Source of the DNA: a virus
Lineage: Duplodnaviria > Caudoviricetes
Reading direction: 5' to 3' (one strand)
DNA: 59,808 nucleotides
IMG/VR virus record: IMGVR_UViG_3300044638_005822
Span: 1 to 59,808 of that record
Made by a program: the position numbers and the translations under genes. A model generated the notes under the pieces. The model was not told where the DNA came from. It did no database searches and was given only the letters and a program-made list of their open reading frames with translations. Of the stretch, positions 8,228-18,592 are shown piece by piece (position 1 is the stretch's first letter; every line of letters begins with the position of its first letter).

Positions 8228-10648
8228 TCAGACGTTTGGCGTGCGCGCCGTCCGGTTGGTCACGAAGTCGCTACGGCTTGCGGGAGGTAGTTCAGCGGCC
8301 ATCGGTTCGCCGACCGCCATCTTTGCCAGCCTGTCGGCGTTGGCCTTGTTGATGGCGATGGACATCTTCACGTCGCTTTCGCGCTTGCGAATCTCCATCT
8401 TGGTCTGAACGTCCGCGACCTTCAGTTGTTGCTCGGTCTGGAATTTGCGCACGCTCATTTCCATTTCAGCCTGCATCTTCGCGATCTTCGCCTGTTCCAC
8501 CGGATCGGGCTGTTCCTGTTGCGCGGCTTCCGATGCGCGCTCGTCGAGTGCTTTCTGGAGTTGGCGCACGTAGGTCATCCACATGGCGGAATAATCACTG
8601 AGCGCCTTCCGGTAGCTGGCTGCGAGTTCCGCGCGTGTCGGGTCTGACGCCATCGCCTGAACGTGCCGTTCAGTGTGCGGAATCAGTAGCGCAAGAAACG
8701 CAATCTGCGGTTGAAGCTCGGTGATGTCGCCCTGCTCGCCGTTGTTGCGCCAGTCCTCCAGCGTCTTGATCGCGGATGCAATGTCCGGGCCGGGGTCGTT
8801 TCCGCCCATGTGAACCATCGCGTGAATGGTGTGGTTCTGGCCGTCCAGCGGGTCAATGTTTCCGCCGCCAAACATGAGCGCGTTCTCCATCTGCGCGAAG
8901 CCCTGGTCGAGCACGGGGCGCGGTTTGTCTTGCAGCGGCATGTAGCGTTGCGCCCTGCGGTTGCCGACCAGAAGCGTCACGCTGTCGTGCAGGAACATCG
9001 CGCGCCCGCGCTCGTCAAACGTCGGCATGAGCTGCGTCATCCGATCCATTGTGGCCTGCTGTGCGCCAGGTGAACCCGCGCCGATGGCCCGCACTTCGTT
9101 GACGCGCTCCACCGCCATGATCATTTCCGTCGTGATGCCGCGCCGTTCGCACCGGATCACGAACTGTTCCACTTCCGGGAAGTCGTCGTATCGTTCGTTC
9201 TTGATGATCTCCTGCGTCCTGCGGAACATTTCGCGAAGTAGCCGCTTCCACGAACGGTTGAACATATTCACCGATGATGTGTTCAAAGCCGAGCCTGTGT
9301 TCTGCTCTGCTTGAAGCTGGTATTTCGTCATCACCGGACTGCCGGGATTGGCGCTCCCCGCGCCGATTGTGGGGCTGACAGCATCGAGCTTGTTACCAAG
9401 GAAGTTCATTACCGGCATCGTGGTGCGGGTGTGATCCTGAATGCCCTGCTCTACGTAGTCCACTTCCGGCGAGATGATCGCCATGCCGTTACTGATTACG
9501 ATGGGAGATTCGTCGAGTGCGTTTGTGTTCGACTTTTTCAGCATCGTGGTGGTTCCGAGACGGAACTGGTTCACCAGATCATTCAGCATCTTGTTCTCGG
9601 TTTGAACGAACGGGAACTGGTCGTACCCCTGTCCTCGGATGCTGTGGTAGTAGCCGTCGCCGACGTTGAGGCAGAAGATCGTGAAGCAGTTCGATTCAGG
9701 AGGGAACCGCGAGACTTTCTTGTAGAGGAAATCCGCGCTGTTGTCCACGCCGTCGCGAGATCCAGCCGGGTCGCGCTCGGCAATGTAGTGCGAGAAACTG
9801 CCGTCAAATTCTCGTATCCAGCCGTGAACCAGATACACCCTCGCATTTGTGGAGTAGCTGCTTTGCAGATCGTTCCCCTTGATCATCTGACTGAGCTTCC
9901 CCCACTCCGGCCCCCACCTGTTCGGCAGCCGCTTTCCGGCAAAAGCCGTGGCGCGAACCAGCGCCCTCTTTACCGCATCCACATTCCAGCCAGTTTCCTC
10001 GGCGGCTTTCTCGTTCTCGATCATCTGATAGAGCGCGCTCGGGATCTCGTCTTTCGTCTGCAAAAGGATGTCCACGAACTCCTCGGAGTTTCGGGTGTCG
10101 CGAGGAATCAGGAAGTTGTCGAGGCCGGCAGCGTCGAACCGCCAGTCGAAATCCTTCGGGAAATGCGCCAGACTGACGCCGTGTTCGATGAACTCCTTTG
10201 CCAGCAGTTGAAATCGCGGGTCGAAGTCATTCCAGTCGCGGATCATCACCGTCCACTCCTCGGCCACAGTGTCCTCCGCGTTCTGGCGTGTCGTGTCGTC
10301 GTAAAGGTTGATCGGAATCTCAGCCGCGATGAACGCCTTGAGGGTGTCCAGCATGTCGTTATAGACCGTAGTGGAGCGGACGATGCGGGACTTCGCGGAA
10401 CCGAAGTTCAGATTACTTCCGCCGAATGTCGCGGCCCTTTTCTTCGTCGAGGTCGCGTAAGGGGCTGCGCCGTTGATCTGTTGGCGGATGCCATACCGCT
10501 GCATGGCTGAGAGCGAATCGTCCTGCAACATCCGCCAGTAAATACTCTGGAGCGCGGCGGCATCCTTGAGCCTCGCACCCGGCGGCTTGCCCTTCATCGG
10601 GAATGGAGCCAACTCGTTTGGGGTGCCTTGCGTGATCTCGTTGCTCAT
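8228..10648 (-). CDS. Portal protein
   Basis: 806 aa, downstream of terminase, Q/E/A/K-rich helical C-terminal extension as in P22-like portals. Confidence 0.75.
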   Translation of the reverse strand: MSNEITQGTPNELAPFPMKGKPPGARLKDAAALQSIYWRMLQDDSLSAMQRYGIRQQINGAAPYATSTKKRAATFGGSNLNFGSAKSRIVRSTTVYNDMLDTLKAFIAAEIPINLYDDTTRQNAEDTVAEEWTVMIRDWNDFDPRFQLLAKEFIEHGVSLAHFPKDFDWRFDAAGLDNFLIPRDTRNSEEFVDILLQTKDEIPSALYQMIENEKAAEETGWNVDAVKRALVRATAFAGKRLPNRWGPEWGKLSQMIKGNDLQSSYSTNARVYLVHGWIREFDGSFSHYIAERDPAGSRDGVDNSADFLYKKVSRFPPESNCFTIFCLNVGDGYYHSIRGQGYDQFPFVQTENKMLNDLVNQFRLGTTTMLKKSNTNALDESPIVISNGMAIISPEVDYVEQGIQDHTRTTMPVMNFLGNKLDAVSPTIGAGSANPGSPVMTKYQLQAEQNTGSALNTSSVNMFNRSWKRLLREMFRRTQEIIKNERYDDFPEVEQFVIRCERRGITTEMIMAVERVNEVRAIGAGSPGAQQATMDRMTQLMPTFDERGRAMFLHDSVTLLVGNRRAQRYMPLQDKPRPVLDQGFAQMENALMFGGGNIDPLDGQNHTIHAMVHMGGNDPGPDIASAIKTLEDWRNNGEQGDITELQPQIAFLALLIPHTERHVQAMASDPTRAELAASYRKALSDYSAMWMTYVRQLQKALDERASEAAQQEQPDPVEQAKIAKMQAEMEMSVRKFQTEQQLKVADVQTKMEIRKRESDVKMSIAINKANADRLAKMAVGEPMAAELPPASRSDFVTNRTARTPNV

Positions 10649-11568
10649 GTGGATTTAGGGTGTGCGGCGATTTGGTAGCCTCTGCGGCGCTTGGCTCGCC
10701 TGCCGCGCCGAAACTTTCGGCACGGATTGGGTTTTTCCGCTTTTGGCGTAAAAACCCACGCATGTCCATCATTTTCCTCAGAAATCTGCATTATTTCCGC
10801 TGGAATCTCGCGTTTTTTCGTTTCCGCTGAAAGCAGGCGCACGAGGCTTCCGTCCTTGCAGCCATGAAGAAACACCGCTTCCGGTCGCACGGGGCGCGTC
10901 ATTGACCGTCCAGACAGCGCCACGCGGAGCGTCGCCGGATCGCACTCGATGCGGTCGCCTTCCCATCGGTAGTTCGCCGTGCTCCAATTATCCTGCATGA
11001 GCGGGCAGCTTCTGGCGTGTGGTCGAATGTCCTTCGCGATGGCGAGATCGAATGCGTCCAGGCATGTAAGATGCGCCATCGTGTAAGCTCGCAGCGCGGG
11101 CGGATACACCGCGCAGCCGCACATGTGCTCGCCGATTTTGTGCAGCGTGTTGCCACCGAGATCAACGTAGGTGTCGTCAATCACACCCATGAACGGCACT
11201 GCTGGATTCTCGTTGTAGGCGTCGGCGATCATGTCCGCCCATCCGCGGCGAATCGGCGTGCAGTCTGGCTCCACGAACATCCACGGTCGCCCCATTGTTT
11301 CGGCTGCGACGACGCACTGACGGAAGATGTCGTTCGGTGCGGTGGGCCATGATTGATGCGTGATGAGGGCGTTGATGGCGACCGGCGGCGTACGCCAGCC
11401 GCATTTGCGAGCATTCATCGCCACTGTCTCGCGTTGGAGTGGCGAGAGTTCTTCGGAGTACGCCAGCAACAGGTCGTGCCTCGGGTAAGGTCCGAGCTTG
11501 CGAATCCACTCCATCAGCGGCACGGCGAGGTGGATGTCGTTCTTGGAGAATGGAAAGACGATCAGCAT
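10645..11568 (-). CDS. Glycosyltransferase-like (GT-A fold) hypothetical protein
   Basis: WMFVEPDCTP (xxD metal-site-like), late FLHGCKDG motif; translationally coupled to terminase and portal. Confidence 0.4.
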   Translation of the reverse strand: MLIVFPFSKNDIHLAVPLMEWIRKLGPYPRHDLLLAYSEELSPLQRETVAMNARKCGWRTPPVAINALITHQSWPTAPNDIFRQCVVAAETMGRPWMFVEPDCTPIRRGWADMIADAYNENPAVPFMGVIDDTYVDLGGNTLHKIGEHMCGCAVYPPALRAYTMAHLTCLDAFDLAIAKDIRPHARSCPLMQDNWSTANYRWEGDRIECDPATLRVALSGRSMTRPVRPEAVFLHGCKDGSLVRLLSAETKKREIPAEIMQISEENDGHAWVFTPKAEKPNPCRKFRRGRRAKRRRGYQIAAHPKST

Positions 11569-13397
11569 TATTGTCCGAATCCGTAGTCAATCTCCACTTC
11601 GACTTCCGGCTCCCAACCGCCAGACGACTCAGCGCCGTCGCCTTGCCCGATGTCCTCAAGGTTCATCGGCAAAGCCATCCTGTCGGATCGGATGGCGTGA
11701 TCGCGCAGCTTCCGCCAGTTCTCGGCGCTCGTGACATTCTGCGCGACCGCAACTTCGGAGCGAAACCGGAATCGCTTCCGGCAAAGGTCGAGCAGGATCG
11801 CCAGCGAATCTCCTGCGTCCGGGCTTCGCCTGATTCGCTTACGCATGACCTTCTTGCTCTCCACCGCCCGCTTGGTGCCGTTGAGTCCCTGCTTGCGCAG
11901 CACTTCCCTGCGCGCCAACAGGTCGTCAATAATCTCGGTGGTCAGCCCCTTGATTTGACCGCTGCGAATGTAGTCCTTGATGACCAGCCAAAGCTCCGAA
12001 ACCCTGTCGGCGTAAAGCTCGTTGCACGGCTTTGATTCGATCCCGTGCGTCAAGTCTGACGCCCTGCCGTTGAAGTCCACCGCATGAAGGACGGAGTTTC
12101 CCACCATGTTGGAGATGATGGGGCCGATCTCGCCCGCTGGCCCGGTGGAGTCGTATGCCATGTTCTCCGGCGTGATACCGTGCTCGCGGCAGATGGCTAC
12201 GAACTGCGCGGCGATCTGGAAGTTGTATGGCCGAGGGTCGCCCTTGCTGTCGTTGAGTTGGACGCTTTTCGTGACCAGCAAGACGCGACTTCCTGACAGC
12301 GTATTGCCGAGCAGTCCGAGCGTCATTTTGCAGGCGTCTCCACCGCTACTGCGTGCCGGGTCAATCGAGGCGCATGGATTCGGTGATCCGGCCCACTCCA
12401 CAGTGGTCGCCATCACGTCGCCCTGCACCAAGTCCGCCTCAGACAAGATGCACTCCGGGTCGCTGCCTTCGGGCGGCCAGAACCCGCGGCATTGACTCCA
12501 ATGCACAAGCGAGTCCTCGCCGTTCTGGTGCTTGCTCATCGCCACGTCCTCGATCTTCGGGAGGAACGGATACAGCACTTCGCCAGCGAGGATGTTTGGC
12601 GAAAGCTCTGAGTCGAAACGGATGCAGTAGCCAAGCTGCGTTTTCCACTCGTAATCCTTGTCTGAGATTTCACCCCATCCGTTTTTCGGCGTGCAAAGCA
12701 TCCCGTGCGGATCGTATTTCGACTTCGGGTTTCCGATGCCGATGAACTGGAACCACTCGTTCTTGGAAAGGTTGCCCGTCGCGAACTTCACAAGCCCCGG
12801 AGACAGCTTCGGAAGCTCGTCCGCGATCATAATGACGCGCTTGTTGTGGCAGCCGTCCAGCTTGTCCATGCTCTCCTTTTCGTGAGCAGCTTCGCCGGCC
12901 ACCAGCGAGATGCCTGATTTGTCTGACATCTTCGCTTCGTTTCCCGGCATCCTTGTCCGCACGATGCCGAGGCTGTCCACCAGCTTTCCCGGCATGTCCG
13001 GCACGGAGTTGTAGTAGTCCACGATACTGCCCCAGATGCGCTTCCGTGAGGCTGTCAGCGTGGTGGACGTGACGATGACCATCGTGTTCACTGGGTCGCA
13101 AAGCCAGTTCACGATTGCCCATAGTGCCATGCAATCCGACTTGCCCACGTTTCCTGGCCCCGCGATTCCGAGGTATTGCCATTGGCACGCCTGCGCGATC
13201 ATCGTCTCGGCCCACGGATGGATCTGGAAATGCTTCCGCTTGTTTTTCTTCCCCCACAGCAGTTCGACGATCCGCCAGAAATGCCCCGCCTTCCCGAGTC
13301 CGCCTTCTTCCTCCTTGTGTCCATATCGGAAGCACTTCAATTCGATGTTCAGATCATCAAATTCGTCAGGCCAGTCGAGTTCGTATTTGCGAGGCAC
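11568..13397 (-). CDS. terL: Terminase large subunit
   Basis: Walker A GPGNVGKS, Walker B VIMIADE, coupling motif GIGNP, nuclease acidic motifs SIDPARSSGGD and SPDAGDS; likely GTG start at 13397, the longer ORF overlaps the opposite-strand gene. Confidence 0.9.
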   Translation of the reverse strand: MPRKYELDWPDEFDDLNIELKCFRYGHKEEEGGLGKAGHFWRIVELLWGKKNKRKHFQIHPWAETMIAQACQWQYLGIAGPGNVGKSDCMALWAIVNWLCDPVNTMVIVTSTTLTASRKRIWGSIVDYYNSVPDMPGKLVDSLGIVRTRMPGNEAKMSDKSGISLVAGEAAHEKESMDKLDGCHNKRVIMIADELPKLSPGLVKFATGNLSKNEWFQFIGIGNPKSKYDPHGMLCTPKNGWGEISDKDYEWKTQLGYCIRFDSELSPNILAGEVLYPFLPKIEDVAMSKHQNGEDSLVHWSQCRGFWPPEGSDPECILSEADLVQGDVMATTVEWAGSPNPCASIDPARSSGGDACKMTLGLLGNTLSGSRVLLVTKSVQLNDSKGDPRPYNFQIAAQFVAICREHGITPENMAYDSTGPAGEIGPIISNMVGNSVLHAVDFNGRASDLTHGIESKPCNELYADRVSELWLVIKDYIRSGQIKGLTTEIIDDLLARREVLRKQGLNGTKRAVESKKVMRKRIRRSPDAGDSLAILLDLCRKRFRFRSEVAVAQNVTSAENWRKLRDHAIRSDRMALPMNLEDIGQGDGAESSGGWEPEVEVEIDYGFGQ

Positions 13398-13466
13398 GGG
13401 TGGGTTTTTACGTGAAAAGCGTAAAAAGGCAAGACAAAGTAAGCGGTTTGTGCTTTTCTCCCTGAA

Positions 13467-14228
13467 ATGCCTAAAGAAGACGAGAACGTACATCCGTGCC
13501 ATTGGGGGGTTGATCGACTGGCCGCGTGGTCGAAGGGGACGGATGTTGAGATCACGATAGAGAGCGGACTTGACGAAATCAAACTCGCCCGGAACCGTGC
13601 TGCCAACGAGTTCCTGAACCGGATGCGGATGGACAAAAAGGCAGCGATGGAGCGCGTAAAGGAGCGGGTGCGGATGCACTACGAGTCCGGCGCGTCCATG
13701 AAGATGATTTGCGACACCTACAAGGTGAAGCGCGCGCTTGTCGAGCGATGGGCTGAGAAGGAGAAGTGGAAGCTGCCGCCTGCGCGCGAGCCGGACAAGC
13801 CGATGACTCCGAGCGCCAGGGCGTACGATCAGGACGCGATTGCGGAGGATGTGCAAACCGGCATCGTGACACATCAAAGCGAGGCGCGACTGCCGCTGGC
13901 GGTGAGGGAACTGAACGAGCAAAAGCGGCTGATGAACATCCGCGGCGCTCAGTGGGACGAGATTCCGCATGAGAAGGTCGCCCTCGCGCTACGGATGCGC
14001 CTCACTCGGCAGGCTCGCCGGATGATCGAGAAGATGGAGACGCTGGACGAAGACGAGATCATCGCCCCTGAGATGATGAAGACGTTCAAGACCATCGCGG
14101 AAGTGCTGGATAAGGTCGCGCCGATTCCAGAGGACAAGGCGGTGCGGACGAATTCACTGCTGCACGTCACGCTGTTCAAAGACGACGGCCTGCCAAAAAA
14201 AGCGCAGGCGATTGAAATTCCCGCTTGA
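13467..14228 (+). CDS. Putative terminase small subunit / HTH protein
   Basis: HTH-like YESGASMKMICDTYKVKRALVERWAEKEKW, helical body; adjacent and divergent to terL. Confidence 0.5.
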   Translation: MPKEDENVHPCHWGVDRLAAWSKGTDVEITIESGLDEIKLARNRAANEFLNRMRMDKKAAMERVKERVRMHYESGASMKMICDTYKVKRALVERWAEKEKWKLPPAREPDKPMTPSARAYDQDAIAEDVQTGIVTHQSEARLPLAVRELNEQKRLMNIRGAQWDEIPHEKVALALRMRLTRQARRMIEKMETLDEDEIIAPEMMKTFKTIAEVLDKVAPIPEDKAVRTNSLLHVTLFKDDGLPKKAQAIEIPA

Positions 14229-14266
14229 CGCACTCCATGAAACCGCTTACATCGCGCAAATGCCAA

Positions 14267-14413
14267 ATGACACAACAGGAAATGTCTCGCAAGGGAGGCC
14301 AGTCGAAGTCGCCCAAAAAGCTGGCTGCGGTTCGTCGAAACATTCGGAAGGCGATTGCGGAGCGGATGCGGAAGTTCCAGATGCGTTCGGTAGTCAAAGC
14401 GCGTGGATGTTGA
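14267..14413 (+). CDS. Small basic protein (RKGG-S-KKLAA type)
   Basis: MTQQEMSRKGGQSKSPKKLAAVRRN; TTGACG promoter-like box at 14225. Confidence 0.55.
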   Translation: MTQQEMSRKGGQSKSPKKLAAVRRNIRKAIAERMRKFQMRSVVKARGC

Positions 14414-14620
14414 TCTCCCGACGTCTCCCCGAACGTGGGCAGCGCATTGTTACGCCTTGGTGGCACCATTACAGCAGCACCTCGTTGCTCGGCATCTGCC
14501 TTAGCGAATCAATCCCAAACCTACTGTTTGAGGTGATTTACCTCTGCATCAGTGTTGTTCGGCTGCCGATCTGTGTCTGCCGGGACTTGTTCAAACTGGT
14601 AAGGCGTAACGAGCACGCGC

Positions 14621-15565
14621 ATGACATTCCAAGTCCTCAGTCCTGACGCAGCTCGGCGCGTTGACCCTCCCGTGTCGCGCTTCCTGCAAACGCTACCGCA
14701 GGGCCGCGACATCGCCGTGGTGCCGATCACTCGGCTGGACGACTTCCGGTTCCGCGATGAACTGCGCGGGACGCTTGAAGGCAAGCCGTGGGTGCTGCTG
14801 GACTTTTCCGAGTTCGGCCCCGAATGGGATCAGCAAACGAGTCACCTGTGGGGGCGTGACCGCCTCGCTCATGGATGGTTCGGCGGCGATGAGTGGGCGA
14901 AGCTCGACGCCTTCATTCGCGAGCATCCGCCGCTCATCACATTTCAGCGCGAGCTTCTGCTCAAGGACGTTTCCGACACGATGCAGCCCGTCGAATACCT
15001 GAACTACTCCGCGCCGATTCAGGCGGAAACCGAGGATCAGTTCAACGCGCGTCCGATTGACGTGCTCTTCCAGTGGGGGCTTTCCAATCCGTTCCGCCCG
15101 CATTTGCATGGCGAGATTTTCAAGCATTCGCAGCGACTCGGCTACGACGTGTGCAGCCAGCTTGATCACCTTGACCGCTGCATCGCCCGAAAGGACAGGC
15201 CGAGCATATGGGCAGCGATTCACACTCCGCACTACGCCCGCGTGAGCAACGACGAGACGATCCGCTGGTTCGGCAAGTCGAAGGTCGTCATTGCAGCGCC
15301 GGGGTGTGGGGTGAAGACATTCCGGCATGGCGAGATCAACAACAGCATCATCGCGATGAGGTCGGACAAGCTGGCCTACTCAGTGAACCAGTGCGGAATC
15401 GCGCTTGGCGACGCTCCTGTGGATGCGCTGTGGGAGGCGGTGCGTGGCCGCGATGCCGACTACCTGTATCGAACCTACCTACTGAACCACGCCGCCGCGG
15501 ACTCACTCCGGCACGAGCGGTACGTGAAGGAGATTTTCATGCCTGCCATCCAGAAATTACTATGA
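14621..15565 (+). CDS. Glycosyltransferase, exostosin/GT47-like
   Basis: RPIDVLFQWG and SKVVIAAPGCGVKTFRHGE resemble the exostosin S-x-F-x-L-x-P-x-G...R-x-x-E motif. Confidence 0.55.
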   Translation: MTFQVLSPDAARRVDPPVSRFLQTLPQGRDIAVVPITRLDDFRFRDELRGTLEGKPWVLLDFSEFGPEWDQQTSHLWGRDRLAHGWFGGDEWAKLDAFIREHPPLITFQRELLLKDVSDTMQPVEYLNYSAPIQAETEDQFNARPIDVLFQWGLSNPFRPHLHGEIFKHSQRLGYDVCSQLDHLDRCIARKDRPSIWAAIHTPHYARVSNDETIRWFGKSKVVIAAPGCGVKTFRHGEINNSIIAMRSDKLAYSVNQCGIALGDAPVDALWEAVRGRDADYLYRTYLLNHAAADSLRHERYVKEIFMPAIQKLL

Positions 15566-15768
15566 GTGCCAACGAACGGGTGAGCGACCAGAGAGCAAAG
15601 CAAGGGTACGTTCCAAAGCCTATTCCTCTTACGTGCTCAAACTGCAAATACTCTGACGCAGGAAAAGGAAGTGGGGCTGTACTTTGGTGTACTTATGGTG
15701 GATTCCGGGTAATTGCTGCCGGAACTTGTTTTTGTCACAAAAAGAAAGGTCGCTCATGCAAATCGTAA
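15562..15768 (+). CDS. Small Cys-rich hypothetical protein
   Basis: CSNC...C...C pattern; ATGA overlap with upstream stop. Confidence 0.5.
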   Translation: MSANERVSDQRAKQGYVPKPIPLTCSNCKYSDAGKGSGAVLWCTYGGFRVIAAGTCFCHKKKGRSCKS

Positions 15769-16511
15769 CCGTCGCCAACGCCGCTCCAAAAGCCGACTAC
15801 TACTGCTTCCGTGAAATGCTCGCATCGTGCCGGCGCTTCGGGCATGAGCCGCTGATTCTCGGATGGGGCCAGCCGTGGGGAGGACTTGGAAACAAGCCGC
15901 GACTGCTGCTGAAATCCATCGAGTCCGGCCAGATCACCGACGACCACATCCTCTTTCTCGACGCCTTCGACACGGTTCTTGCGCGCCCGCCGTGCGACAT
16001 CATGGCGGCGTACGCGGAATACGATGCGCCGATTGTGTGGGGCGCGGAGAGGAACTTGTTCCCCGACATCGGGTGCGACCGCGACGCCGTGTTCCCTGAT
16101 GCACTGGGAGGCTTCCGCTACCTCAACAGTGGCGTGTGTGTGGCGCAGACGGATGCGATGCTGGCCTACCTTCAGCACATTGACGCGGCCAACATCCCCG
16201 ACGATCACAAGTCGGCGGATGGGGCGCGCGACATAAATCCAAATGACCAAGAGATAGCCTTGAAGGCGTTTGTGCGGCAATTCACATGGACGGATATTTC
16301 GGAGAAACAGCCGATGTGTCCGCGTATGGCCCTCGACACCGAGTGCCGCATCGCACTGAACATGCACAGCGTCACGCCGGATGAGATTGACGTGAGTGGA
16401 GAGCGCATCAAGGTGCTGGCGACCGGCGCGGAGCCGTGTATTTTCCATGCCAACGGGAACGCCAAGGACAGCGGAATGCTGGCGCTGGTGCTGGCGAAAC
16501 TGGGATACTGA
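15756..16511 (+). CDS. Glycosyltransferase similar to the PLOD/LH3 GT domain
   Basis: FLDAFDTV, IVWGAERNLFP, RYLNSG, NDQ and IFHANG motifs in the order of that family. Confidence 0.8.
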   Translation: MQIVTVANAAPKADYYCFREMLASCRRFGHEPLILGWGQPWGGLGNKPRLLLKSIESGQITDDHILFLDAFDTVLARPPCDIMAAYAEYDAPIVWGAERNLFPDIGCDRDAVFPDALGGFRYLNSGVCVAQTDAMLAYLQHIDAANIPDDHKSADGARDINPNDQEIALKAFVRQFTWTDISEKQPMCPRMALDTECRIALNMHSVTPDEIDVSGERIKVLATGAEPCIFHANGNAKDSGMLALVLAKLGY

Positions 16512-16512
16512 G

Positions 16513-17334
16513 ATGAAACTTTCGATCTGCATCAACTTGGATAGCCGCCCCGGAGTGGAAGGCGAGAGCACGGCTTTCACTGGGCATAATCAGGGCTGTC
16601 GAAATTGGGATTTCTTCACGCACGGGGTCGCGAATAAGCGGAAATTTTTTACCGGATTCGATACGGAACTCGTGGCCTTTATTGACGAGACGATTCGGAT
16701 TCCCGATGACGTGATGAACCATGTCCGCGACCTATGCGACTGCGTAGTGGTTCGGAAGCACTCAAGCTCGTACCGTAACTACGAAGTGGCCGGATTCGCC
16801 AATGACATCCGATACCTTTCCTGCCTGAGCCAAGCGACGGGGGAGATTGTTTTCCATGCGGACGCGGACACCGCCTGCTTCGCCCGCGACAAGGATGCCG
16901 TAGAAGCGTGGCTGTCCCATCTGGAATCATACCGCTTCGTCAGCTACCCGTCGCCGTGCAGTCCGCGCCCTGTGGACGACGCCAGCTTCGGCAAGCACAC
17001 ATGGGCCTCGACGCGAGCGTTCGCCTGCAAGCGCGAATGGCTGAAATTCGACGTGCTGGAGCGGATGCTGCGCGAGCCTGATTGGGGATGGGAGCAATTC
17101 GGCGAGCCAGTGCGAAAACTGAATTGGCTGGAGCACATGCTGGCCCTGTCCAACAACGAATCCGTAATCTACCCTCCCCGCTGCGACGACCGGATGCTCA
17201 TGTTCTGTTGGAGCACCTATCACCGCGGCGTGATGGAGAAGCTGAACGGGATGAGCTTTGACGAGGTGCGCGATTACGTGCGTCGCTGCGGCGAAATCCA
17301 ATATCCAAACGACTGCGTAGCCATACCATTATGA
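16513..17334 (+). CDS. Glycosyltransferase-like protein (GT-A)
   Basis: ATGEIVFHADADT DxD motif; position inside the GT cluster. Confidence 0.6.
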   Translation: MKLSICINLDSRPGVEGESTAFTGHNQGCRNWDFFTHGVANKRKFFTGFDTELVAFIDETIRIPDDVMNHVRDLCDCVVVRKHSSSYRNYEVAGFANDIRYLSCLSQATGEIVFHADADTACFARDKDAVEAWLSHLESYRFVSYPSPCSPRPVDDASFGKHTWASTRAFACKREWLKFDVLERMLREPDWGWEQFGEPVRKLNWLEHMLALSNNESVIYPPRCDDRMLMFCWSTYHRGVMEKLNGMSFDEVRDYVRRCGEIQYPNDCVAIPL

Positions 17335-17960
17335 ACCCAACCACCCTGTCCCTATTCAAATCCACACCCGGCGCGATGTCATGCGCGGAGGGCGAAGCCC
17401 TGTCTCGCCTCGCCGCATCCGCGCCTGCGGGAGCCTGCGTAGAGTGCGGGACGCATAGCGGCAAGAGCGCGATTGCGATTGCAGCAGGGCTAAACAGAGA
17501 GCAAATCCTCAACCTGATTGATCCTGACTTTAAGGTGTCAGAACGTCAAATCACGGAGGCGGTATGGGAGGCTTCGTCGAAGAAGGTGGTCGCCGTGCTC
17601 TATCAAGGAACTTCCGAAGAAAGAATGCCGCCACTACGAAAGTTCTGCGGCGACTTCGCCTTCGTGTTCCTCGACAGCGGCGACCACTCCTACGAACTGT
17701 GTCGCGCCGAGTGCGACATCGTTGCGCCGCACATGGTGAAGGGCGGCATCATCGCCTTCCATGATTTCCGTTCGCAATTCATCGGCGTGGAACGGTGCTA
17801 CAACGAACTGCTGGCAACCGGCTTGTTCGAGGAAGTCGTTATTCCGTGGAAGGACATCGAGGCGGAGGTCGTCGCTGGCAATCTTGAGGCGGGGAACGAT
17901 ACCTACCACCATACCGAACTGGCAAACCCGATGTTCCTCGGAGCACTTCGCCGCAAATGA
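17331..17960 (+). CDS. Class I SAM-dependent methyltransferase (Methyltransf_24-like)
   Basis: VECGTHSGKS, FVFLDSGDHSYE, GGIIAFHD. Confidence 0.85.
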   Translation: MNPTTLSLFKSTPGAMSCAEGEALSRLAASAPAGACVECGTHSGKSAIAIAAGLNREQILNLIDPDFKVSERQITEAVWEASSKKVVAVLYQGTSEERMPPLRKFCGDFAFVFLDSGDHSYELCRAECDIVAPHMVKGGIIAFHDFRSQFIGVERCYNELLATGLFEEVVIPWKDIEAEVVAGNLEAGNDTYHHTELANPMFLGALRRK

Positions 17961-18592
17961 ACATCGGCATCCTCGCCTTCACCACTCCATCCTTCGCGCC
18001 CGTCGCCGACATCACGGTGCCAGCGTTCAAGGCTTACTGCGCCATGCACGGCTACGCCTTCTGCCTTGCTACCGGCGACGACTGGAAACCCCGCACGCGG
18101 AAGCTCGGCTTTATCAAGACGCAGGCCGTGTTTGACGCGCCGCCTCAGTTCGACGCGCTGTTCGTGGTGGATCTCGACATCCTCATCACGAATCCGCTGG
18201 TGCCGCTCGAAAGCCTCATCCATCCGACCGCTGACATCATCGTTACGACCGACGTGAACGGCTTCAACTCCGGCGCTTACATCATCCGAAACACGAAAGC
18301 AGCCAAGAGCTTCCTGACGATGGTGTTTGAGATGGAGCGCGAACCCGGAATCAACGGCGAACAGGACGCGATGGATTCTGCTCTGAAATTCCAGAAGCCG
18401 GGATTCGCCGCATGGCTTCCGCAGCGGGCGATGAACAGCTACCTTTACACCGAGTATCCCGACACGAACGGCGCGGATGAGCCTGGACACTGGCAGCCGG
18501 GAGACTTCCTGCTGCACTTGCCGGGGCGCAGCAACGAAAGGCGCGTTGAGATTTTCAACTCGCCGGAGATTCAGGGAGGGATTGTGCGATGA
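17957..18592 (+). CDS. GT34 (GMA12/MNN10-like) glycosyltransferase
   Basis: VDLDILITNP, NGFNSGAYIIRNT, EQDAM, PGDFLLHLPG. Confidence 0.85.
   Translation: MNIGILAFTTPSFAPVADITVPAFKAYCAMHGYAFCLATGDDWKPRTRKLGFIKTQAVFDAPPQFDALFVVDLDILITNPLVPLESLIHPTADIIVTTDVNGFNSGAYIIRNTKAAKSFLTMVFEMEREPGINGEQDAMDSALKFQKPGFAAWLPQRAMNSYLYTEYPDTNGADEPGHWQPGDFLLHLPGRSNERRVEIFNSPEIQGGIVR

Noticed and set aside
4375-10510. Long plus-strand ORFs such as 4375-5541 and 9311-10510
   Set aside because: Antisense shadows of GC3-rich capsid and portal genes
13398-13970. N-terminal 191 aa of the 800-aa terminase ORF
   Set aside because: Antisense shadow of 13467-14228 that also crosses the promoter region
14407-14646. Possible small CDS between the basic protein and the first GT
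   Set aside because: Fits the gap, but a competing minus-strand ORF exists and there is no motif support
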